In this document: positions 34,293 to 41,384 of the stretch, piece by piece
How the letters are laid out: each line of letters starts with the position of its first letter
Numbering within the stretch: the first letter of the stretch is position 1
Assembly (NCBI GenBank): GCA_963704725.1
Contig: OY969934.1
Coordinates: 1,536,001 to 1,600,000, forward strand
Direction of reading: 5' to 3'
Length of the DNA stretch: 64,000 nt
Source: an uncultured Actinomycetes bacterium
GTDB lineage: Bacteria; Actinomycetota; UBA4738; HRBIN12
Made by a program: the position numbers and the translations under genes
The notes under the pieces: generated by a model
What the model saw: the letters and a program-made list of their open reading frames with translations, nothing else
What the model was told of the DNA's origin: nothing
The model's database searches: none

Positions 34293-34365
34293 GGGCCCAT
34301 AGCTCAGTTGGTAGAGCACATGGCTGGCAGCCATGAGGTCGGGGGTTCGAGTCCCCCTGGGTCCA
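34293..34365 (+). tRNA. tRNA-Ala(GGC); integration target
   Basis: GGGCCCA/TGGGTCC-A acceptor with G3:U70, anticodon stem CATGG/CCATG with loop CT-GGC-AG, T-arm GGGGG-TTCGAGT-CCCCC. Confidence 0.96.
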
Positions 34366-35123
34366 CTTTCAATGCCTTATTCGAACTCGGGCGAGAGAAG
34401 AGAGGCGCGAAGACCTCAGAGAACTCGGCCCGGCCGATCGTGCGATCCTTGATGTAGACGGCCTCGAGCACGGCGTCGTTGAAGCGTCGTCGTACCGACG
34501 GTCGCGCCTTCAGATACGCGGCGTGACAGTTCCCCGCGAGCCGGATGGCCGTTCGAAGCACGTCCTGCCAGCCCTCGAGGTCGCCCTCCGTCGCCTGGAG
34601 CTCGGCCTTGGCCGCATGCTCGGCGAAGCCGATGCGGTCCTGCTCCGTCTTCAGGAGATCGAGCGGGATCGCGTTCGCGTAGAAGGCCTGAAGGAGCTTG
34701 CCGCGCTCGTCGGCCGCCTTGGCGAGCGTCTTCGTGAGCACCACCCGTCGCTGCGAGGCCTCGGCCTGCCGATCGACGATCTCGGCCTCCAGCTCCTCGG
34801 TGAGCCGGCGTACCCATGAGGGTGGCAGCTGGATCCTCCCGTACAGGTCCTCGACGAGCGCCTCGGCGTCGCCGGCCAGGATGTAGGGCTGGCGGCAACC
34901 GGTGCGCGCGGTCCCTCGCTGGCCGAGGCAGTAGAAGTACAGGTACTTGCCCTTGGCGAGCGTGAGCGACAGGCGCCTTCCGCACTCCCCGCAGTGCAGC
35001 AGGCCCTTCAGGTAGTGCTCGTGGCGACGCTGGCGAACCCCGGCGACGTCGCGGGCCTGGAGCGTCTCTTGGACCCGGTCGAACAGGCTCTGGGGGATGA
35101 GCGCCTTGTGCTGGCCCGGATAC
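34304..35123 (-). pseudogene. Large serine recombinase (integrase), C-terminal part only; 5' end lost at the IS256 junction; reads antisense into tRNA-Ala
   Basis: YPGQHKALIPQSLFDRVQ (end of recombinase domain), YLKGLLHCGECG...YFYC...C zinc ribbon, coiled coil. Stop at 34304-34306 lies inside the tRNA D-arm. Confidence 0.88.
34345..34388 (+). other. attL: tRNA T-loop GTTCGA, core GGTCCAC (34360-34366), element arm TATTCGAACTC (34378-34388)
   Basis: Core repeated at 38529-38535; arm is the exact inverse of GAGTTCGAATA at 38507-38517. Confidence 0.75.
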
Positions 35124-36524
35124 GGGTCTGTCCGATTCTTCGTGTAAGTGCGCGGCCGCTGATCATCGGTAGAGAGCGATCCGGTCTCCGTAGTGGAGCA
35201 CCAACGCATTGAGCACCTGCTTCCAGCCGGACACGATCCCCGTCGGGTTCGGGCGATTCTTCTCCCGCTCCAAGACCGCAAGATAGAGCACTTTGAGGGC
35301 GGCCTGCTCGTTGGGGAAGTGCCCTCGTCGGCGGGTGGCGTGGCGAAAGCGCGCGTTCAGGCTCTCGATCGAGTTCGTCGTGTAGATCACCCGGCGGATC
35401 TCCTGCGGGAAGGCAAGGAACGGGATGAACTGCTCCCAGGCCTGGCGCCACAGCTTGATGATCGCCGGATACTTCGGCTCCCACCGATCGGCGAACTCCT
35501 CGAACCGCGCTGCCGCTTGATCCACCGTCGCCGCCGTGTAGATCGGCCTCAGCTCGGTCGTGACCTTCTGCCAGTCGGCCCGCGAGGCGTAACGAAGCGA
35601 CTGGCGGACCAGGTGCACGACGCAGGTCTGCACGGTTGCTGCTGGCCAGGTGGCCTCGATCGCCTCGTCCAGGCCCTTCAGCCCGTCACACGCCACGATC
35701 AGCACGTCCTCGATGCCTCGGTTGCGAAGCTCGGTGAGCACATTGCCCCAGTGCTTGGCGCCCTCGCCCCCGGCACCGATCCAAAGGCCCAGGACGTCTC
35801 GCTCCCCCTCCAGGTTGATGCCACAGGCCACGTAGACGGGGCGATTGGCCACGGCGCCATCTCGGATCTTGACCATGATCGCGTCGATGAACACCACGGC
35901 CCACAGCGCATCGAGCGGGCGGTTCTGCCATTCCACCAGCTCGCCGGCGACCGCGTCGGTGACCTTGGAGATGGTCTCGCGAGAGATCTCGGCTCCGTAG
36001 ATCTCTCGCAGGTGCGCCTGGATCTCCCCGGTCGTCAGCCCCTTGGCGTACAGGGAGATGATCGCCTCGTCGAAGCCGTCCAGGCGCCGGGCGTGCTTGG
36101 GGACGATCTTCGGCTCGAACGTGCCGGCGCGATCGCGAGGAACGTCGATCGGGACCGGACCGACGTCGGTCTGAAGCGTCTTGGGGCTCTTGCCGTTGCG
36201 TGCGTTGGGCGAGTCATTGCGCTCGTAGGGCTCATACCCAAGGTGCTCCGTCAACTCCGCCTCGAGGGCCGATTCCACGACTCGCTTGGTCACCCCCGCC
36301 AGGAGCCCCTCGGGGCCCACGAGGTCGAGGCCCTCCGCTCGTGCCCGCTCCACGAGTTGCTCGGCGAAGCTCGCCAGCTCATCGCGGGAGGGCTGGCGGA
36401 GGCCTCCGGGCATCGACGACCCTGCTCCGTTCTTCGAAGTGTCCATGCGCCATCCTTCCCGGCCCCGACGGCAAGGTCGAGGACCCTCAAGACAGCGCAC
36501 TTACACAGAATTCCTGACAGACCC
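35124..36524 (-). mobile_element. IS256-family insertion sequence (1401 bp)
   Basis: Imperfect 30-bp terminal inverted repeats GGGTCTGTCCGATTCTTCGTGTAAGTGCGC (35124-35153) and GGGTCTGTCAGGAATTCTGTGTAAGTGCGC (revcomp of 36495-36524), 23/30 identical. No target duplication. Confidence 0.92.
35163..36446 (-). CDS. IS256-family (Mutator) DDE transposase
   Basis: AELTEHLGY, RNG, VPRDRAGTFEP, VFIDA, ACDGLKG, QTCVVH, IYTTNSIESLN. Confidence 0.95.
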   Translation of the reverse strand: MDTSKNGAGSSMPGGLRQPSRDELASFAEQLVERARAEGLDLVGPEGLLAGVTKRVVESALEAELTEHLGYEPYERNDSPNARNGKSPKTLQTDVGPVPIDVPRDRAGTFEPKIVPKHARRLDGFDEAIISLYAKGLTTGEIQAHLREIYGAEISRETISKVTDAVAGELVEWQNRPLDALWAVVFIDAIMVKIRDGAVANRPVYVACGINLEGERDVLGLWIGAGGEGAKHWGNVLTELRNRGIEDVLIVACDGLKGLDEAIEATWPAATVQTCVVHLVRQSLRYASRADWQKVTTELRPIYTAATVDQAAARFEEFADRWEPKYPAIIKLWRQAWEQFIPFLAFPQEIRRVIYTTNSIESLNARFRHATRRRGHFPNEQAALKVLYLAVLEREKNRPNPTGIVSGWKQVLNALVLHYGDRIALYR

Positions 36525-37160
36525 GAGGTGCCGAACCCCTCCCCACCACTGTCGCTGTCGCTAAGCGGATTCCAGAGATTGACTGAGACGCAACGAATCG
36601 AATGGCTTGACTCGTTCACTGACTACTGGGGTCTAGGAGGGTGGTTCGAGGCCATCCGGGGCGTGTTGATGGCTGGAAGAGCGACTTCCTTCATGGACAG
36701 AGGGACCTGGTCATCATGGGTTGACGCGAGCATTCTTCATGCAATCTCTGAGGGGATGATGATCCAGAGCGGTGTCATCCAGCACAGTAGGAACCCAGGT
36801 GCTCAGGAATGGGCCGCGTTCTTCGAGGCCCGTCAGACAACCAGCAGACAGACATCCGCAGACACTGGTCTATTTGGCCTGTGGGCCAACGCCGAGTCGG
36901 CCGCCACCCAATTTGGCCGGTACACGGCTGCAAACCATGGGGCCGTTCCGACAGAAGATGAAACAAACGTCGACATGTGGGCGACCGGTTGGCGTGCCGG
37001 AGTCCGGTGGAGGAGTGCCGAGCCAACGCCGGCAGACTACCTGACACCGGAGGGCTTCATCGGGCAAATCGGGCAAGTCTGGGGCGGAGCTCTCTATGAT
37101 CCGACGCTTCCAGCACCCGTCGTTATGCAGCTCACGATGTATGTCTATCTTGGCTTCTAG
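36525..37160 (+). pseudogene. 5'-truncated orphan ORF (211 aa remain), Trp-rich; possible C-terminal toxin-like domain of a larger protein
   Basis: Frame is open from the IS boundary to TAG 37160 with no convincing start or RBS. Atypical codon usage; next gene begins 13 nt downstream. Confidence 0.55.
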
Positions 37161-37173
37161 CGAAAGGGGGCGG

Positions 37174-38244
37174 ATGATGCGCGAAGTTGCCGCCTTGATA
37201 TCGGTCGGCTTGCTTGCTGCCGCATGCTCGAGTTCCCCAGGACAAGTAGCGCCTTCCTTCGTTCAAGGCTCAGTCGTGGATACGCAGCCCGGCAGGATCG
37301 CTGGGCTTGCATGGCCGTCCGCGGAGACCCTGGTCTTCGAGATAGACGACGAACCCGCCGATGTCTCGAACGCAGCCGAAATCTGGCGTGTTCAACTCGA
37401 TGGAACCTCCCGTAGCCAAGTCTTGCTTCCGCAGCTGACGGATTGCAGGCGGACCCGTTATCACAACCCAATTGCCCTTGGGGGCGGCTCGGTAGGTATT
37501 GTACAGGCTTGCGACCTTCAATCGCCCGGTCGGGAGCCAACCTCCTACGCGCTTCTGGCTCTGGACCCGGACCTTGGAGACACGAAACCGCTTGTCAGTA
37601 GTGACCCTTTGGGGTTCCTTGACTCGTTCGCGGCTCCAGTAGCGGCGCCCAATGCGGAACGCGATGCTGCGTTGCTAGCAGTTGGAGATCAGGTGTGTAG
37701 CACGATTGCGTTCGTCGACAAGGACGGCGCGCACCCATTGGACCTATCAATCGGACACGGAACCGAGAGTTGGAATCTGAGTCAGTTCTTCGTCGATGAT
37801 TCCAGAACCTGCGTTGAGCAGGGGCGAGCCGCATGGCCGACATGGTCGAGAAGCAATGGTCTGATTGCCTTCCTCGCCTCGCCCCAGTCCCTGGGGGTGG
37901 GCGGGCTCGCGCGCATGGAACTCCCGTGGAACATCTATCGCTGGTCACTCACTCAAGATCGTGCTCAGACCCTTCTTGAGAACGTCCGCTTCCCGAGGGA
38001 TCTGACATGGTCGCCCGATGGCGAGTGGCTGGCATTCGGAGGTGAGATCGGCGGCCGAGATGGACTATGGTTGCTGAATCCTGCAACGTCGGCCGTTGTT
38101 GAGGTGACTGATGATGCCGTGCTCGCGCTTGCCTGGTCGCCGGATGGTCAGTCAATTGCCGCCTCGGTTGCTACGACGTCGGATGAAGTGACCGGTCCAA
38201 GGGAGCTCGTGACTTATAGCGTCGCTTCTCTTCTCGAGGGCTGA
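37174..38244 (+). CDS. Lipoprotein with TolB/WD40-like beta-propeller repeats
   Basis: Signal peptide with lipobox LLAAA-C; repeats LAWPS, PTWSRS, LTWSPDG, LAWSPDG; AAGGGGG RBS. Confidence 0.8.
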   Translation: MMREVAALISVGLLAAACSSSPGQVAPSFVQGSVVDTQPGRIAGLAWPSAETLVFEIDDEPADVSNAAEIWRVQLDGTSRSQVLLPQLTDCRRTRYHNPIALGGGSVGIVQACDLQSPGREPTSYALLALDPDLGDTKPLVSSDPLGFLDSFAAPVAAPNAERDAALLAVGDQVCSTIAFVDKDGAHPLDLSIGHGTESWNLSQFFVDDSRTCVEQGRAAWPTWSRSNGLIAFLASPQSLGVGGLARMELPWNIYRWSLTQDRAQTLLENVRFPRDLTWSPDGEWLAFGGEIGGRDGLWLLNPATSAVVEVTDDAVLALAWSPDGQSIAASVATTSDEVTGPRELVTYSVASLLEG

Positions 38245-38506
38245 TGAGGGTGGGCGCGGATCTGCCCGCTTCGACTGGGAACTCATGGAAGGTCGTATTC
38301 CCCCGGCGGTTCATAGGTGACAAGTCGCGAGATCGGCGGCCAGTGTCGATCCCAATCATTGGCCTGCTTGTTACGGGCCCTGGATGGAACCCCGGTCAGG
38401 GGCGTGGCTCCTTAGGCCGACGGTCTCGTCTAGGGGAAACGCCGGCCGAGTCTCGAGACCTACATCGCTCACCAGGCCGTGGAACTGAGCAGCCAGACTC
38501 CGCCAG

Positions 38507-38537
38507 GAGTTCGAATAGCATCCCCTCAGGTCCACCA
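38507..38537 (+). other. attR: arm GAGTTCGAATA, core GGTCCAC, displaced tRNA end (CCA)
   Basis: TCCCCTCAGGTCCAC matches the tRNA end TCCCCCTGGGTCCAC at 12/15; rejoining at the core gives ...GGGTCCACCA. Confidence 0.75.
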
Positions 38538-38645
38538 AAGTTCGTGCGTGGCGTGACCAGCAGTTCGCTTGGTCAGTGCTGACGGGATTCGAACTGCGCT
38601 TTCCGCTTGCATGTTGCCGGGTCGGTCCCTATCGGCTGAAGCGGC

Positions 38646-39092
38646 TCAGGCACCCTTGCGGATGTCGGATGCTCGGATGCCTTCGGCCCTCGCTACGGCG
38701 AGCTGGCGTTCGTCGCCCGAGACCAGCTCGGTGCAGCCCAGTTCGATCAGTGCGGCGATGTGCAGGATGTCAAGCGTTCGAGCAAGCGTGGTCGATGCGT
38801 GCGTCTCCGACAGGTGTCCAGCTCGGCGAAACATCGGCTCCAGGTCGATGGTCGGTCGTTCGAGGCGGCCCTCGTCCAGGTCGTCATCCACATGCCCGAG
38901 GAGAGTCCGGAGCTCTCCCGCATCGATCTGGGATCTTCCGTGCAGGAGACGAAGGGCGTTTCTCACCTCTAGGTCGTGAAGCGGCGTCCACGGCACCGAG
39001 ACGTGCTTCCGCAGTTCGGCACGCGCACGGGCCGAGTGCACCTCGTTGACGTAGACCGCGATCAGGGCGCTCGAGTCGAAGTAGACCTTCAC
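38646..39092 (-). CDS. vapC: VapC-type PIN-domain toxin
   Basis: VYFDSSALIAVYVNE, LEVRNAL, RTLDILHIA, VSGDERQ. GTG start overlaps the antitoxin stop (GTGA). Confidence 0.9.
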   Translation of the reverse strand: MKVYFDSSALIAVYVNEVHSARARAELRKHVSVPWTPLHDLEVRNALRLLHGRSQIDAGELRTLLGHVDDDLDEGRLERPTIDLEPMFRRAGHLSETHASTTLARTLDILHIAALIELGCTELVSGDERQLAVARAEGIRASDIRKGA

Positions 39093-39331
39093 CGGTCCCC
39101 ACGGTCTTCGGAGACCTGCCGACTTGGGGGAGGTGTGATGCGTCTTCGTCCCATCGCGCCTCGCGCTCGCGCCGCCAGATCGGGCCACGGCTGCGTCGGT
39201 GTCGGCCTCGCCGGCACGAGTCGGGCTATCGGGCGCCCGCGGCGGGTGATCTGGACGGACTCTCCGCTCTCCACACGATCCAGAATGGTCCGAATCTCCC
39301 GCTGCAACTCCCGCACCGCCACGTTCTTCAT
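39089..39331 (-). CDS. Phd/YefM-family antitoxin
   Basis: MKNVAVRELQ...LDRVESGESVQITRRGRPIARLVP. Confidence 0.9.
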   Translation of the reverse strand: MKNVAVRELQREIRTILDRVESGESVQITRRGRPIARLVPARPTPTQPWPDLAARARGAMGRRRITPPPSRQVSEDRGDR

Positions 39332-39368
39332 GTCATGCATCTTGCATGACATCTGGCCTTCTCGTCAA
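39330..39368 (-). promoter_or_regulatory. TA promoter (TTGACG-N18-CAAGAT) overlapped by palindromic operator ATGTCATGCA-N3-TGCATGACAT
   Basis: Perfect 10-bp inverted arms at 39330-39352 cover the -10 and the start codon. Confidence 0.75.
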
Positions 39369-39378
39369 GGCTTGGGAC

Positions 39379-39536
39379 TCACGAGGCGAGGCGATCGAGT
39401 CTCACCTCGGCGCCGGTCACCGGCGGTTGATGGCTGCCAAGGCCGGTCGGAGCGGCCGGAAGGACACCGCCCGGCGGATCGAGGAGATCCTGCGCCGGGA
39501 GGCCCCCCGATCGCGCTGATCGTCGATGCCGGGCCT
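39379..39536 (+). pseudogene. Decayed CopG/RHH-type antitoxin C-terminal half plus first codons of a PIN toxin
   Basis: Frame reads EAIESHLGAGHRRLMAAKAGRSGRKDTARRIEEILRRE-APRSR* (stop 39519). An overlapping frame reads LIVDAGP, a typical PIN N-terminus. Confidence 0.55.
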
Positions 39537-39569
39537 TCGGTGGTTGTGAGATGGGACCCTCGGGAGCCG

Positions 39570-39896
39570 CTACGCGCCCGGCCCTCGGTACTGGACTTGC
39601 TCGGCCTTGCGCAGGGCGTCCATCGTTTCCTCGATGGTCAGGAGGACCGTCGTTTCGAACGAGCTGAGGGCGCCGCCACCGCAAATCGCAAGCGCCACCG
39701 CGGCCATGGACACGTTGTCCGGGGCCTCCCACAGGTTGTAGCCGTCGTGAGTCCCGAACGCGTACCAGAACCCGTGAAGCTTTCCCCCGACCGACTCGAT
39801 GTATGACTGAGCGGCCTTCTGGCGATCTTCCGGATTGCCTATCAACTTTGCCCAGGTCGCCGGTGTGTAGCTGAACCTCGACAGATAGAGCGGCAT
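39570..39896 (-). CDS. GYD-domain protein
   Basis: MPLYLSRFSYT...EDR...ESVGGKLHGFWYAFGTHD...ETTVLLT; GGAGGGAGGAG RBS. Confidence 0.8.
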   Translation of the reverse strand: MPLYLSRFSYTPATWAKLIGNPEDRQKAAQSYIESVGGKLHGFWYAFGTHDGYNLWEAPDNVSMAAVALAICGGGALSSFETTVLLTIEETMDALRKAEQVQYRGPGA

Positions 39897-40138
39897 TGCT
39901 CCTCCCTCCGATCCCCAAGAGTCGATCCCCAAGAACCCGGGGGATGAGGATACAGGTCACTTCCCGACGTTTCCTTCCACGAGGGACTGCAGCAGATCCG
40001 GCGCTCCGGAGGAGTTCGGATCCCGTCCGCTCACCTCCACCATCGAGCTCGGTCTACCAGGCGACTGGTCGCTTCCCGACGCCGTCGTGGGAGTCGCGAG
40101 AGAGCGGAACTCGAGCGGGTTCGAGCTAGGCTCGGCCT

Positions 40139-41293
40139 GTGCAAACGTACGACATCGGCATCGTCGGGGCGGGGGTCCACGGTGCGGCGACGGCGTTCCA
40201 CCTGGCGGCGCGCGGCGTGCGCGTCGTGATCGTCGAACGCGACCGGCCCGCCGCCGGGCCCACCGGCCGGTCCAGCGCGATATGTCGCGCCTACTACACG
40301 AACGCGTTCCTCGCCTCGGTGGCGCGCGACAGCATCGCGATGATGTCCACGTTCGAGGAGCACACCGGCCGCTCGGCCGAGTTCCGGCGGACGGGCATGC
40401 TGTTCCTACACCCGCCGGAGGACGTCGACGGGGTCCGCGTCGCCGTCGAGCGGCTGAATCGCCTCGGGATCGTGACCGAGCTGCTCGAACCCGCGACCCT
40501 CGTCGAGCGCTTCCCCGCGATCGACCCGGACGGGATCGGGATCGCCGCGTGGGAGCGCGACGCCGGCCACGCCGATCCGCACGCCGTCACGCTCGGCCTG
40601 TTCGAGCGGGCGCTCGCGTCCGGAGCCGAGGCACGGCTCGGGTCTGCGGTGACCGGCATCCAGGCCGATCCACGGGGCGGCGGAACGCTCGTCACGGGGG
40701 GCGGCGAACGGCTCTCGTGCGGGCGCATCCTGCTCGCCGCCGGGCCGTGGACGGCGCCGCTTGCCCGGCTGGTCGGGATCGAGCTGCCGCTGCACGTCGA
40801 GCGGCACGTCGTCGCGACGTTCCGGTGGGGCGGCGCAGATGCGTGCCCGCCCCACGGCGACGTCGCCGGCGGCTACTACCTCCGACCGGAGGGATCCGAC
40901 CAGTTCCTCGTCGGACCGCTGCACGAGGAGCCGCCGGTCGACCCCGATCGCTTCGACGACGCGATCCGCCCCGTCGAGATCGAACGGCTGGCCGAGCGGG
41001 TCGTGCGTCGCTTCCCCGGCCTGCACGCCGCTCTTGCGAGCGGCGGGTGGGCGAGCCTGTACGACGTGAGCCCGGATTGGCAGCCCGTGATCGGCGAGAT
41101 CGCCCCGGGCATCTTCGTCGACGCCGGGACGAGCGGTCACGGGTTCAAGGTGGCGCCGATGCTCGGACGACACGTCGCCGACCTGATCCAAGGGGGAGAC
41201 GTCGCCGAGTCGCTCGCGGACTTCGATCCGTTCCGATTCGAGCGGGGGCGTCCGCTCGCGGCCGGGTACCGCGAGAACCGCATCCTCGGGTAG
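40139..41293 (+). CDS. FAD-dependent oxidoreductase, D-amino acid oxidase/sarcosine oxidase beta family
   Basis: IVGAGVHG, TGRSSA, LAAGPW, YDVSPDWQPVIG, GTSGHGFKVAP. Confidence 0.88.
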   Translation: MQTYDIGIVGAGVHGAATAFHLAARGVRVVIVERDRPAAGPTGRSSAICRAYYTNAFLASVARDSIAMMSTFEEHTGRSAEFRRTGMLFLHPPEDVDGVRVAVERLNRLGIVTELLEPATLVERFPAIDPDGIGIAAWERDAGHADPHAVTLGLFERALASGAEARLGSAVTGIQADPRGGGTLVTGGGERLSCGRILLAAGPWTAPLARLVGIELPLHVERHVVATFRWGGADACPPHGDVAGGYYLRPEGSDQFLVGPLHEEPPVDPDRFDDAIRPVEIERLAERVVRRFPGLHAALASGGWASLYDVSPDWQPVIGEIAPGIFVDAGTSGHGFKVAPMLGRHVADLIQGGDVAESLADFDPFRFERGRPLAAGYRENRILG

Positions 41294-41349
41294 TGAATCC
41301 GTCGGCCGAGATGGTCGTGCCCCGGCCCAGCCATGCGCAGAGGTTGCCT

Positions 41350-41377
41350 TCAAGCACGACCCCGTCGGCGCCGATGA
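41350..41377 (+). promoter_or_regulatory. Putative sigma28/WhiG-type promoter TCAA-N16-GCCGATGA
   Basis: Near match to the FliA/WhiG consensus TAAA-N15-GCCGATAA; ends 7 nt before the DGC ATG. Confidence 0.55.
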
Positions 41378-41384
41378 GACGAGG

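Larger units (their letters stand above)
34360..38535. mobile_element. Remnant serine-integrase element/genomic island in tRNA-Ala
   Basis: Integrase fragment at the tRNA end, flanking GGTCCAC direct repeat, inverted arms, and cargo at 36525-38500 visibly richer in A/T than the core genes. Confidence 0.78.

Noticed and set aside
35124-35281. N-terminal 53 aa of ORF 34304..35281 as the integrase start
   Set aside because: These codons come from inside the IS. No catalytic serine-resolvase domain is present, so the integrase is treated as truncated.
35193-36524. 655-aa plus-strand ORF 35193..37160
   Set aside because: The first part is antisense to the IS256 transposase; only 36525-37160 looks like real coding sequence.
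39990-40130. Coding-like fragment (PEEFGSRPLTSTIELGLPGDWSLPDAVV) upstream of the oxidoreductase
   Set aside because: No start, RBS or recognisable motif; cannot be supported without a homology search.
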